A DNA stretch of 38,310 nucleotides from Candidatus Nealsonbacteria bacterium. GTDB lineage: Bacteria; Patescibacteriota; Minisyncoccia; Minisyncoccales; RBG-13-42-11. The stretch is from positions 1 to 38,310 of the forward strand of contig JAHXGL010000004.1 in assembly GCA_019923655.1 (NCBI GenBank), read 5' to 3'. The notes beneath the pieces were generated by a model, which was given only the letters and a program-made list of their open reading frames with translations, had not been told where the DNA came from and searched no databases. The position numbers and the translations under genes are program-made. This document shows positions 27,359 to 36,338 of the stretch, one piece after another; the stretch's first letter is position 1, and every line of letters begins with the position of its first letter.

Positions 27359-28798
27359 TTACTCTCCTTTAATAACAGCTAATGGTGTTAATCTCGCAAC
27401 TTTTTTTGAAAGTCCTGCTTGATGAACAACATCAACTACCTGCTCCACGTCTTTGTAAGCCAGGGGCGCTTCCTCGGCAATCCCTCTTACAGAAAGACAT
27501 TTTACAATAATTCCCTTTGATTCTAATCTTTTTATCACTTCTTGTCCAGAAACAGCTCTCATTGCCGCGTGCCGCGACATTCTCCGTCCAGCGCCATGAG
27601 AAACCGAATGCCATGTTTGTTTTGACATCTCTTTGCCAGCGCAAATAAAAGAAGATGTGCCCATAGTGCCGGGAAGCAAGACCGGTTGTCCGACATTCTT
27701 ATATTTCTCCGGTATTTCCGGATGTCCAGGCGGAAAAGCTCTGGTTGCTCCTTTGCGATGAATAATCAGTCTTGTCTTCTGTCCATTTACTTCATGCTCT
27801 TCTATTTTGGCAATATTATGGGCAACATCATAAAGTAGTTCTAATTCTGTTTTTTCTCCTAATATTGTTTTCCAAGCCCTTCTTATGTAATGAGTTATCA
27901 TCTGTCTATTTGACCAAGCGTAATTACAAGCAGCAGACATTGCCTTAAAAAATCTTTGACCCTCCGGAGAACTAAACGGCATACAAGCCAACTCTTTATC
28001 TGGCAACTTTATTTTATATCTTGCTAAAGCATTCATTGCTGTGTCTAAATAATCTGTACAATTTTGATGTCCCAAACCGCGGGAGCCACTGTGAACCATT
28101 ACGACGACCTGTTTCTTAAATAACCTAAAATTCTTTGCTGTATCTTCGTCAAAAATTTCATCAACTTTTTGAACTTCTATAAAGTGATTTCCTGACCCAA
28201 GAGTGCCAACCTGATCCCTTCCTCTGTTTTTGGCCCGCTCTGAAACGCAAGAAGCATCTGCCTGTTCCATTTTTCCTTTTGCTTCACAATTTTCAACATC
28301 TTCTTTCTCACCGTATCCCTTTTCTACCAAATACGGCACTCCGGCCTCTAAAATTTTATCTATTTCACCAATTGAGAGTTTAATTTGTCTTCCCTTGCCC
28401 AAACCCGATGGCACTTGTTTTTGTGTCTCGGTTGCTAATTTATCCAAATAGGGTTTAATGTCTTGTTCAGAATATTCTGACAATAACAAACGAACCCCGC
28501 AATTTTCGTCGAATCCAATAAATCCGGGGGAAATAACACCATCTGATAAGCGCATTGCTCCTACCCCTCCAATCGGCGGGCCAAAACCAGAATGAATATC
28601 AGGCATTCCTATAGCGTATTTCACAATGCCCGGCAAAGTGGTTATATTTATTAATTGCGTTAAAGCATTCTCCTCTACTTCCCGAAGCATTTCTTCAGAA
28701 ATATAAATCCTTGCCGGAACTTTCATATCCTGCCTAAAAGATTGAGGAATCTCCCATAACCAGTCATTGATTTTCTTGAAGTCCTTTTTGTCTGTCAT
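27359..28798 (-). CDS. rtcB: RNA ligase RtcB
   Basis: 'MPDIHSGFG', 'GFDENCGV', 'GTLGSGNHF', 'HSGSRG', 'HRKGAT', 'HGAGR'. Likely start is ATG 28798; the track's extension runs into the attC site. Confidence 0.96.
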   Translation of the reverse strand: MTDKKDFKKINDWLWEIPQSFRQDMKVPARIYISEEMLREVEENALTQLINITTLPGIVKYAIGMPDIHSGFGPPIGGVGAMRLSDGVISPGFIGFDENCGVRLLLSEYSEQDIKPYLDKLATETQKQVPSGLGKGRQIKLSIGEIDKILEAGVPYLVEKGYGEKEDVENCEAKGKMEQADASCVSERAKNRGRDQVGTLGSGNHFIEVQKVDEIFDEDTAKNFRLFKKQVVVMVHSGSRGLGHQNCTDYLDTAMNALARYKIKLPDKELACMPFSSPEGQRFFKAMSAACNYAWSNRQMITHYIRRAWKTILGEKTELELLYDVAHNIAKIEEHEVNGQKTRLIIHRKGATRAFPPGHPEIPEKYKNVGQPVLLPGTMGTSSFICAGKEMSKQTWHSVSHGAGRRMSRHAAMRAVSGQEVIKRLESKGIIVKCLSVRGIAEEAPLAYKDVEQVVDVVHQAGLSKKVARLTPLAVIKGE

Positions 28799-28885
28799 AA
28801 TTTTAATTTTTGATATTCTTGGTTTGTCTTGAGCATCATAAGAATTTATTTCGTTAACCCCCTTCAAAGCAGAGTTCGGAGTTTC

Positions 28886-29012
28886 AGCTAACATTTAAGT
28901 ATATATGATGTTGCGAAACGAACTTGTGGTATTATAGCATTTTCACCACAAGTGAGTGAAGCAATATGGGACGAGGAGTGGTCAGCGACGAGCCATATAT
29001 ACTATGTTAAGA
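28886..29012 (-). mobile_element. attC-like integron cassette recombination site (127 bp)
   Basis: Minus strand: R'' TCTTAAC, arm ATAGTATATATG ... CATATATACTTAAAT, R' GTTAGCT, with an internal hairpin. Confidence 0.75.
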
Positions 29013-29090
29013 AACCTGAACGATCCGCCAGCTGGCAGAAAGCGAAAATGCAATGTGGCCGAGCGAAGCGAGGAGTAAATTTTGCCTTAA

Positions 29091-29711
29091 TTATTTAGTA
29101 GCAGCGGCTTCAATAAAGAAACTTTTATAGGTATGATAGGTTGAAGAAGTTTTTCTGATCTTTAGCACCCTGAACTTTTTAAGTTTTTCTGCCATGTATT
29201 CTTTGCTGAAAAAATGTCTAATATGACCTTGGCGCAGATACATATCTTTTTCGATTTTTTTACCCCTGCCGTAAAGATGATCGTCGGTAGATTTACACTT
29301 AATAAAAAATAAACCTTTTGGTTTAAGAATTTTGTAAAGTCTATTGAATATTTTTGTGGTGGTTTGATCATCAAAATAGTGGAGACTCAAGTGGGCGTAG
29401 ACTACATCAAAAGAGTTAGGTGGAAACTTAAAATCTGATATATCTTCCTGTAGAAGGATAATATTTTTAATTTTTTTGTGTTCAATAGTTTGTTTAAATT
29501 TTCGAATTCCGCTTTCAGAAAAATCTACAGCAGTAACTTTTAGCCCGTTTTGAGCAAAAAAAATTGAGTCGACACCTATTCCACAACCAATATCAAGGAG
29601 AGATATTAAAGGTTTATTTTTTATTTCAGAAAAACTTCTTTTGGCAAAGTTATTAGAAAGCAACCTATCATCCCTATTCCAAATTTGATTCCAAAGTTTC
29701 TTTTGATCCAT
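29091..29711 (-). CDS. Class I SAM-dependent methyltransferase (cassette gene)
   Basis: 'LLDIGCGIG', 'AVDFS', 'FDVVYAHLSLHYF', 'LKPKG'. Confidence 0.92.
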   Translation of the reverse strand: MDQKKLWNQIWNRDDRLLSNNFAKRSFSEIKNKPLISLLDIGCGIGVDSIFFAQNGLKVTAVDFSESGIRKFKQTIEHKKIKNIILLQEDISDFKFPPNSFDVVYAHLSLHYFDDQTTTKIFNRLYKILKPKGLFFIKCKSTDDHLYGRGKKIEKDMYLRQGHIRHFFSKEYMAEKLKKFRVLKIRKTSSTYHTYKSFFIEAAATK

Positions 29712-29739
29712 ATTTTAAATTTAAGGCAAAATTTATTTC

Positions 29740-29825
29740 TCTTAACGTTTGGGATAAAAGAAGTTGCCGAAGGCATTTGGGCGAACGAAGTGAGCCCCGC
29801 AGGGTTCCCGAAGGCGCCGTTAATA
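29740..29825 (-). mobile_element. Degenerate attC-like site
   Basis: Starts at the nitrilase stop (TATTAAC), has short GC hairpins, and ends ..TTTTATCCCAAAC-GTTAAGA. The left arm partner seems to be missing. Confidence 0.55.
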
Positions 29826-30644
29826 TAAAACTCTACTTTTCAAATCATTTCTAATTTTATACGCTTTTTCAGCATCTTTCAAAATAGCTGTATCAACTTC
29901 TTGAACAAACATTTCCTCTTTATTATGTTCAAGCCTTTTAATCGCTCCCATAAACGGAACAGCAATTTGAGAATGTCCGAGCAATTTTCCCCTAAATTTC
30001 GGAAGAATTAGATTCCCAGCAGGATTACAATAAACCATAATTATTTCATTTTCAAAAGCCCTACCGACACACAACGCATCAACAAGTTTGGCATCAGAAT
30101 TTTTATCGTATTTCAAACCAACAGAAGCATCTTCAAAAGTCCAATAGCTGGGACAGATTACTATATTGACTCCTTTCTTTGCCATCTTTCTGAAAACTTC
30201 AGGAAAAATCAAGTCCCAGCAAATGATTAATCCGATTTTGCCAAATTTGGTATTGAATACAGAAACTTCATTTCCCGGATTAAGATAATGTTTTTCGGGA
30301 TGCCACAAATTTATTTTTCTGTATCTTGATTTTATTTTTCCGTTTGAGTCAATATAGTAGGTAATATTGTAAAAACCGAGCTTGTCTTTTTCAATGATTG
30401 AGCCGGGAACAATATCAATTTTATATTTTTTAGCGAGGTTTTGAAAAAATTTGCGATATTTATTTTCAGAATCAGCAAATTCCAATTTTCCAGCTATTGG
30501 CCCTGTAACAAAATCTTCAGGAAATACGATAATCTTGGCTTTTGAAAATGAAGCTTTTTTAACAAATTCTTCCGCCTTCTTTAGATTTTTATCAGGGGAA
30601 AATTGCTTAATCTCAAATTGCACAACAGCTATTTTGAATTTCAT
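29820..30644 (-). CDS. Carbon-nitrogen hydrolase (nitrilase family; cassette gene)
   Basis: E-K-C triad: 'VFPE', 'YRKINL', 'ICWDLIFPE'. Confidence 0.93.
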   Translation of the reverse strand: MKFKIAVVQFEIKQFSPDKNLKKAEEFVKKASFSKAKIIVFPEDFVTGPIAGKLEFADSENKYRKFFQNLAKKYKIDIVPGSIIEKDKLGFYNITYYIDSNGKIKSRYRKINLWHPEKHYLNPGNEVSVFNTKFGKIGLIICWDLIFPEVFRKMAKKGVNIVICPSYWTFEDASVGLKYDKNSDAKLVDALCVGRAFENEIIMVYCNPAGNLILPKFRGKLLGHSQIAVPFMGAIKRLEHNKEEMFVQEVDTAILKDAEKAYKIRNDLKSRVLY

Positions 30645-30788
30645 ATTATAATGATTTGAAAAGATATTTATTAAAGTTTCGTTATTAGGCGCCGTAGGGA
30701 ATTACAGATAACTCGTTTCTATGCGAATTGAATGTATATTTCAAACGCGACTGTCGCTTTTTGGTCCCGAGTAAAATTACGAACAAAA

Positions 30789-32009
30789 TTAAATTAATGC
30801 TTTTTTAAATTCTTCTCTAACCACTTGCCTGTCGTCCCATGGTATTTTCTTATTATTAGCAAGGCAGAGCCATGGCTCACATCCTTTGCCTGTAATGATT
30901 ACCACGTCGCCAGGTTTTGCCAGTCCCAAAGCTTTTTTAATTGCCTCTCTCCTGTCTAAAATTTTTCTATAGTTTGAAAATTGCGAAAATCCTTTTTCAA
31001 TATCACTTAAAATATGTAAAGGGTTTTCGTCATACGGATCTTCATTGGTCAGGATTATTTCATCGCAATAACGCGAAGCAATCTTTCCAAATTCCGGCCT
31101 TTTCCATCTATCGCGTCCGCCGCCGCAAGAACCAAAAACACAAATCATTTTTGAGTCTTGAATTTTGAATTTTGAATCTTGAATAGTTTGGTAGACCTTT
31201 TCTAAGGCATTAACAGTATGAGCATAATCAACAATTACTGTAAATGGTTCTTTAATAACAACCTCCATTCTGCCGGGAATTCCTTCTATTTTTTCCACTG
31301 CTCTTTTGCAAATTTCCAAACTAATCCCCTCGGATAATCCAGCAGAGATTGCCGCGGCAGCGTTATAAAGATTAAACTCGCCTAATAATCTTAAATTAAG
31401 AGGAATCTGATTTCTATCAATTAAGATTTGACCTTCTTTAACTTGGTAATTTATTTTTTTCTTTGCCGGAAACTGTAAAAAATATTCAGCGTTTTCGTCG
31501 TCCAAATTAACAATGTGAACTTCTTTGGCAATTTGGAAAAGCTTCTCATTTTCAATCCGCATTTTTTCAAAAGAGCCGTGCGCCTCAATATGTTCCGGTG
31601 TAATATTGGTTAAAACCGCTGTCTTAAAATCAATAAATCTATGGCGGTGCTGTTTAATCCCTTCGTCGGTTGTCTCCAAAACCGCGTATTGACAGCCAGC
31701 CCTTACCGCGTCTCTTAAAAATCGCTGAAGCTTAAGCCTGCCGGGCATAGTCATTTTCAGGGTATTTTTCCATTCTTTTTTGCCGATTTTAAAGAAAATA
31801 GAAGAAAGAAAAGCTACTTTATAGCCCGCTTCCTCTAAGATTTGACTAATCAAAAAAACAGTGGTTGATTTGCCATCAGTGCCAACAACGCCAATAACTT
31901 TTATTTTCCCGGAAGGAAATCCATATAAGACAGCGCCAATGGCTGGCAGAAACCAATGATACCAGTTAAGTAAAAAATTAGGCGCAATTTTTTTAATGGC
32001 ATTTTTCAT
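30789..32009 (-). CDS. murE: Mur ligase, MurE-like
   Basis: 'GTDGKSTT', 'TNITPEH', 'PGRME', 'VDYAHT', 'CGGGRD', 'GKG'. Confidence 0.88.
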   Translation of the reverse strand: MKNAIKKIAPNFLLNWYHWFLPAIGAVLYGFPSGKIKVIGVVGTDGKSTTVFLISQILEEAGYKVAFLSSIFFKIGKKEWKNTLKMTMPGRLKLQRFLRDAVRAGCQYAVLETTDEGIKQHRHRFIDFKTAVLTNITPEHIEAHGSFEKMRIENEKLFQIAKEVHIVNLDDENAEYFLQFPAKKKINYQVKEGQILIDRNQIPLNLRLLGEFNLYNAAAAISAGLSEGISLEICKRAVEKIEGIPGRMEVVIKEPFTVIVDYAHTVNALEKVYQTIQDSKFKIQDSKMICVFGSCGGGRDRWKRPEFGKIASRYCDEIILTNEDPYDENPLHILSDIEKGFSQFSNYRKILDRREAIKKALGLAKPGDVVIITGKGCEPWLCLANNKKIPWDDRQVVREEFKKALI

Positions 32010-32056
32010 TAATTTAATTATAGCTTTAATCTGACTTTATCGCAATTATTCAACCA

Positions 32057-32089
32057 GGAAAGCCCTGCTTTTCAAAGCCGGGGATGAGT
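32057..32089 (+). mobile_element. Possible solo IS200/IS605 left-end remnant
   Basis: GGAAAGCCCTGCTTTTCAAAGCCGGGGATGAGT has the same GAAAGC-hairpin-GATGA layout as 2633-2666. Confidence 0.4.
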
Positions 32090-32185
32090 ACAAACGCAAT
32101 ACTTGACAAGGTTTTTGTAAATGATAACCTAAAAGGTAGAGGGTGACTAAAGGGGTCTGACCCCCCTCTTTTGCATTTGAAATAT

Positions 32186-32452
32186 ATGCCTATTACTAAA
32201 TCAGTAAAAAAAGCTCTCCGTCAAAATATAAAAAGAAGGGCGCGAAATGTCCAGAAAAAAAGAAAATTAAAAAAAGTCTTAAAAGAGATAAAGGGTTTGA
32301 TTTCTCAGAAAAAACCAAAGGAAGCTGAAAAACTCTTGCCGCAAACTTATAAATTGCTGGATAAAGCGGGAAAAACCGGATTGATTAAAAAAAATACCGC
32401 TTCGCGGCTAAAATCAAGAATCACCAGGTCAATGAGGAGCAATGAACAATGA
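32186..32452 (+). CDS. rpsT: 30S ribosomal protein S20
   Basis: 'MPITKSVKKALRQ..LDKAGKTGLIKKNTASRLKSR', adjacent to holA. Start is ATG 32186. Confidence 0.95.
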   Translation: MPITKSVKKALRQNIKRRARNVQKKRKLKKVLKEIKGLISQKKPKEAEKLLPQTYKLLDKAGKTGLIKKNTASRLKSRITRSMRSNEQ

Positions 32453-32505
32453 ACAATGAACAATTGCCTAGTGAGGTCTGACCCCGGGTTTGACCCTGCT
32501 TAGAA

Positions 32506-33441
32506 TTAAATTTCCGCAATTAATAAATCAAGAGCAATTTCCGGGCTTTGCTGTCCGGTTTTTATTTGAAGATCCGCTTGAAAAATTCTCTGAAAGATTT
32601 TTTTTAGTTCTTGAACGCTAAACTTTTGCGCCTGAACGCAAGTTTTTTTTATAACATAAGGATGAAAATTGGTCTCTTTTGCCAGGGCATAAAAAGGACA
32701 ACCTTTTTCAAGAAGATCTTTTATTATTAAAAGATTGCGAAATTGAAAACTAATCATTGAAAGAAGGTATAAAGGATTGTCGCCTTTTTCTAAATGCTTA
32801 TGAATTAATAATATCGCTTGTTTTCTGTTTTTTGTCGCCAGGGCGTCGATTGTTTTGAAAATATCTATCTCAATTTCCGGCTTGATTAAGGTTTCAATGT
32901 CTTGTACTCGGATTTTTCCTTTTTTTTTGAAATTAACCAGTTTTCTCACTTCATTACTCAATCGCCAAAGATCCCTGCCAACAAAATAAACAAGCTTATC
33001 CAAAGCTTCCGGGCTAATTTCTTTTTGATAACAGCTAAATTCTTTTCTTGCCCAGTTTTTTAATTTTTCGCCTTGTAAAAAATTAAACACTTGAGATTTG
33101 GCATTTTTTTCAAGAAACCTAAAAAGCCGAGTTCTTTTGTCCGGCTCTCCTTTTTCAAGAATTAAAATTATGTCTTTTGATTTTAAGAATTTTTCTCCTT
33201 GCTCTGGGAAACTTTCCCTTGCCTCCTGTCCTAAAAAAAGATTTGTTAAAATGAGCAATTTTTTTTCTTCAAACATTGAAACTGTCTGAAATTCATCAAT
33301 AAAATTCTGGAATTTGCTTTCCTTAAAATCAAAATGTTTTAAGTTTAATCCGGTTTGGTGGGTTTTCTGATAATGAGCAACAATTTCGTTTAGTTTTTGC
33401 CGGGACCGATAAACGTCTATCCCGTAAAGAAAAATAATCAT
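32506..33441 (-). CDS. holA: DNA polymerase III subunit delta
   Basis: 'MIIFLYG..', 'DLWRLSNEVRKL', 'IFKTIDA', 'HPYVIKK..DLQIKTG'. Confidence 0.92.
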   Translation of the reverse strand: MIIFLYGIDVYRSRQKLNEIVAHYQKTHQTGLNLKHFDFKESKFQNFIDEFQTVSMFEEKKLLILTNLFLGQEARESFPEQGEKFLKSKDIILILEKGEPDKRTRLFRFLEKNAKSQVFNFLQGEKLKNWARKEFSCYQKEISPEALDKLVYFVGRDLWRLSNEVRKLVNFKKKGKIRVQDIETLIKPEIEIDIFKTIDALATKNRKQAILLIHKHLEKGDNPLYLLSMISFQFRNLLIIKDLLEKGCPFYALAKETNFHPYVIKKTCVQAQKFSVQELKKIFQRIFQADLQIKTGQQSPEIALDLLIAEI

Positions 33442-33450
33442 GTTTTAGTG

Positions 33451-33580
33451 TTCCAAATTCGTTTCCAAATTCGTTTCCAAATCCCTTTAGGATTTGGAAG
33501 ACTCCCAAAGGGATTTGGAAGACCCATGAAGGGATTTGGAAACTTTAGTCTTCCAAATCTAAAGGGATTTGGAAACTTTA
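33451..33580. repeat. Cluster of TTCCAAAT/ATTTGGAA palindromic half-sites
   Basis: Eight half-sites in 130 bp. The cluster overlaps the last codons and stop of the exonuclease gene. Confidence 0.9.
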
Positions 33581-34482
33581 GAAATTAAACTATAAAATTC
33601 TAATTCTCTAAGAACTTTGACGACTTTTTCTTTGTCGTATTCGCCAAAATGACATTTTTCTAAATTAAAATCTATTAAAACGTCTGTTTTAATCTCCACT
33701 AACATCTTGGAAACAAAAACCTGGTCTTTGTATTTTAGCAGTGTTTCTTTCAGCTTTGGTTTGATTTTTTGAGCCTTTTCGGATCCTTTTTTAATTTCAA
33801 AATAAAGATTTTTCAAACTATTAAATTCTAAAACAAGCTTGGTCGCTGTTTTTTTTCCCACCCCGGGAGCTCCGGGGATATTATCTGAAGGGTCTCCAGC
33901 CAAAGCCTTAAAAGCAACAAGTTGTTCCGGTTTTAATCCTTGAAATTTGGTCTTTATTAATTCTTTATCGTATAAAGCAATGTCTTTCACTCCTTTTCTC
34001 AAGGCAAAAACTTTTGTTTGAGAATTAATCAGCTGAAAAGTGTCTGAATCTCCGCTTAAAATAATCGTCTCCCCCTCTTCTTTTTTTTGAGAAAAAAGAA
34101 GAGGGGCCAATTTAGCGATAGCGCCAATAATATCATCAGCTTCAAATCCTTGTTTGGTAAAAATTGGAACATTAAAGCTTTTTAAAATTTCTTTTATTTT
34201 TGGAATTTGTTGAGAGAGTTGTTTTGGGGTTGGCGGCCGATTGGCTTTATATTCTTTAAATTGTTCATGTCGAAAAGTCAATCCTGGCAAATCAAAACAA
34301 GCGACAACAAAATCCGGCTGAAAGTCCTTTATTGCTTTTAAAAAAACCAATAGAAATCCGTAAACAGCGCCCACTATTTCTCCCTTTTTTGTCATTAATG
34401 GCGGTAAAGCGTGAAAAGCCCGATGAATAATAGAATTACTGTCAATGATAATTAAACGTTTTTTACTGTTTTTCATAGTCAT
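33559..34482 (-). CDS. Stand-alone 5'-3' exonuclease (PolA N-terminal domain)
   Basis: 'IIDSNSIIHRAFHA', 'YKANR', 'FEADD', 'SGDSD', 'GDPSDNIPGAPGVGKKTA'. Confidence 0.93.
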   Translation of the reverse strand: MTMKNSKKRLIIIDSNSIIHRAFHALPPLMTKKGEIVGAVYGFLLVFLKAIKDFQPDFVVACFDLPGLTFRHEQFKEYKANRPPTPKQLSQQIPKIKEILKSFNVPIFTKQGFEADDIIGAIAKLAPLLFSQKKEEGETIILSGDSDTFQLINSQTKVFALRKGVKDIALYDKELIKTKFQGLKPEQLVAFKALAGDPSDNIPGAPGVGKKTATKLVLEFNSLKNLYFEIKKGSEKAQKIKPKLKETLLKYKDQVFVSKMLVEIKTDVLIDFNLEKCHFGEYDKEKVVKVLRELEFYSLISKVSKSL

Positions 34483-34958
34483 ATCTTTTCTATTACAATT
34501 TTTCTCTTTGTTTCGGTTATAAAGTCAATTTTTATCCAAATTGTATTTTTCGGCATAATCTTTTTGATTTTATCAGCCCATTCAATAACAACAATACTTT
34601 TAGGGTTAGAAATAATTTCCTTAAACCCCAAATCTAAAATTTCTTTTGAATTTTCAATCCGATAACAATCTATATGATAGAATTCTTGAAAATTGAAGCT
34701 TGCCCGCTTTATAGGTTCGCTCTTCGGGGAAACTTGAAACCTTTTTAACAAAACAAAGGTTGGGCTTAAAACTTTTTCTTTTATTCCTATGCCTTTGGCA
34801 AAGCCCTGGATAAAGGTTGTTTTTCCCGTTCCTAAATTTCCCTCTAAACCAATAATAATTGCTTTCCCTTTTGTTTTTTTAAAAACAGCGAAGCGGGCGA
34901 AAAATTCTCCTAATTTTTTGGTCTGGAAATGGTTATTAGTAATGTATTCCAATGACAT
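34479..34958 (-). CDS. tsaE: tRNA t6A biosynthesis ATPase TsaE
   Basis: 'GNLGTGKTTF', 'SPTF', 'YHIDCYR', 'IEW'. Likely start is ATG 34958. Confidence 0.93.
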   Translation of the reverse strand: MSLEYITNNHFQTKKLGEFFARFAVFKKTKGKAIIIGLEGNLGTGKTTFIQGFAKGIGIKEKVLSPTFVLLKRFQVSPKSEPIKRASFNFQEFYHIDCYRIENSKEILDLGFKEIISNPKSIVVIEWADKIKKIMPKNTIWIKIDFITETKRKIVIEKI

Positions 34959-35003
34959 AGGAGTGTTGACTTTCCTGTTTGCCTGGTTAAAATATAATAA
35001 GCT

Positions 35004-36338
35004 ATGGAACAATCTTTGAAAAAAATCACTGGCGAAATAGAACTTTCTCCGTCCCTTCTCAATATAGCACAAAACATAAAAAATGTTTCTGATTTTGCAA
35101 AAGAAGCCAATAATTTTCTTGGAAAAAGCATCACTGAATTCTTAGAAATCATTTTAGGGGCTGGAATTTTTCTCAAAACTTCTGATATTCATATTGAACC
35201 CCAGGAAGAAAAAGCTAATATACGGCTAAGATTAGACGGGATATTGCAAGAAGTAATGTCTTTTGACTTAAAAATCCTTCAAGCGCTTACTTCCAGAATC
35301 AAACTTCTTTCAGGGGTAAAATTAAACATTACAGACAGGCCTCAAGACGGCCGCTTTTCAGTATTAATCACGGCCGCAAACGAGCAAACCATGGCAATTG
35401 AAATCAGGGCTTCTTTTCTTCCCTCTGAACATGGAGAGTCAATTGTTTTCAGAATCTTAAACCCGCAAAGTTTAATCAGCTTAGAAGCTTTAGGACTAAG
35501 AAAAGATTTATTGGCTCTTTTTGAAAAAGAAATCAAAAAGCCCAATGGAATGATTATTGTTACAGGGCCAACCGGCTCGGGAAAAACAACCACTCTTTAC
35601 GCTTTTTTAAAAAACATTCAAAGACCGGAGATTAAAGTTATTACCATTGAAGACCCGATTGAATATCATCTAAAAGGAATTTCTCAAACTCAAACAGTTC
35701 CTGAAAAAGGATATGATTTCGCTTCTGGCTTAAAATCAATTATGCGCCAGGACCCGGATGTAATTCTGGTTGGGGAGATCAGGGACCTGGAAACTGCTGA
35801 AATTGGACTCCAAGCCGCTTTAACCGGCCATTTAGTTCTGACCACCCTTCACACTAATGACGCGGCCGGCACTATTGCCAGATTAATCAGTTTAGGTTCC
35901 AGCGCTTCTAACATCGGCCCGGCAATAAATATAGCTATTGCCCAGAGATTGGTCAGGCGAGTTTGTAAAAAGTGTTCAACCCTTCAAACAATCCCGGTTT
36001 CAGCTTTGGAAAAAATAAAAAAAGAATTACAGAATCTCCCAAAAAAAATAGAGATTCCAAAATTATCTCAAGAATTAAAAATTGCCAAAATTAAAGGATG
36101 TCCGGATTGTAATTTCACTGGCTACCGAGGCAGAATTGGCATCCTTGAAGTCTTAATAGTTGACGGAGAAATGGAAAAATTCATCTTGACATTGCCCTCT
36201 ATCACAGGATTAAAAGAAAAAGCAATAGAAAAGGGAATGGTCCCAATGCTTCAAGACGGATTAATAAAGGTCTTGGAAAAGATTACCACTTTAGAAGAAA
36301 TAGAAAGGGTAATAGGAATCTCAAGCAAAGAGCCATGA
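35004..36338 (+). CDS. GspE/PilB-family secretion ATPase
   Basis: 'SDIHIEP', 'PQDGR', Walker A 'GPTGSGKTT', 'EDPIE', 'RQDPD', 'TGHLVLTTLHTN', two CxxC. Confidence 0.93.
   Translation: MEQSLKKITGEIELSPSLLNIAQNIKNVSDFAKEANNFLGKSITEFLEIILGAGIFLKTSDIHIEPQEEKANIRLRLDGILQEVMSFDLKILQALTSRIKLLSGVKLNITDRPQDGRFSVLITAANEQTMAIEIRASFLPSEHGESIVFRILNPQSLISLEALGLRKDLLALFEKEIKKPNGMIIVTGPTGSGKTTTLYAFLKNIQRPEIKVITIEDPIEYHLKGISQTQTVPEKGYDFASGLKSIMRQDPDVILVGEIRDLETAEIGLQAALTGHLVLTTLHTNDAAGTIARLISLGSSASNIGPAINIAIAQRLVRRVCKKCSTLQTIPVSALEKIKKELQNLPKKIEIPKLSQELKIAKIKGCPDCNFTGYRGRIGILEVLIVDGEMEKFILTLPSITGLKEKAIEKGMVPMLQDGLIKVLEKITTLEEIERVIGISSKEP

Noticed and set aside
27359-28885. rtcB as a third integron cassette
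   Set aside because: No AGCTAAC-type R'' or attC-like palindrome follows rtcB, so it appears to be the chromosomal flank.
23349-30787. Shared 14-mer AAATTACGAACAAA at 23349 and 30774
   Set aside because: A few 14-mer matches are expected by chance in 38 kb of AT-rich DNA, and the flanks do not align.
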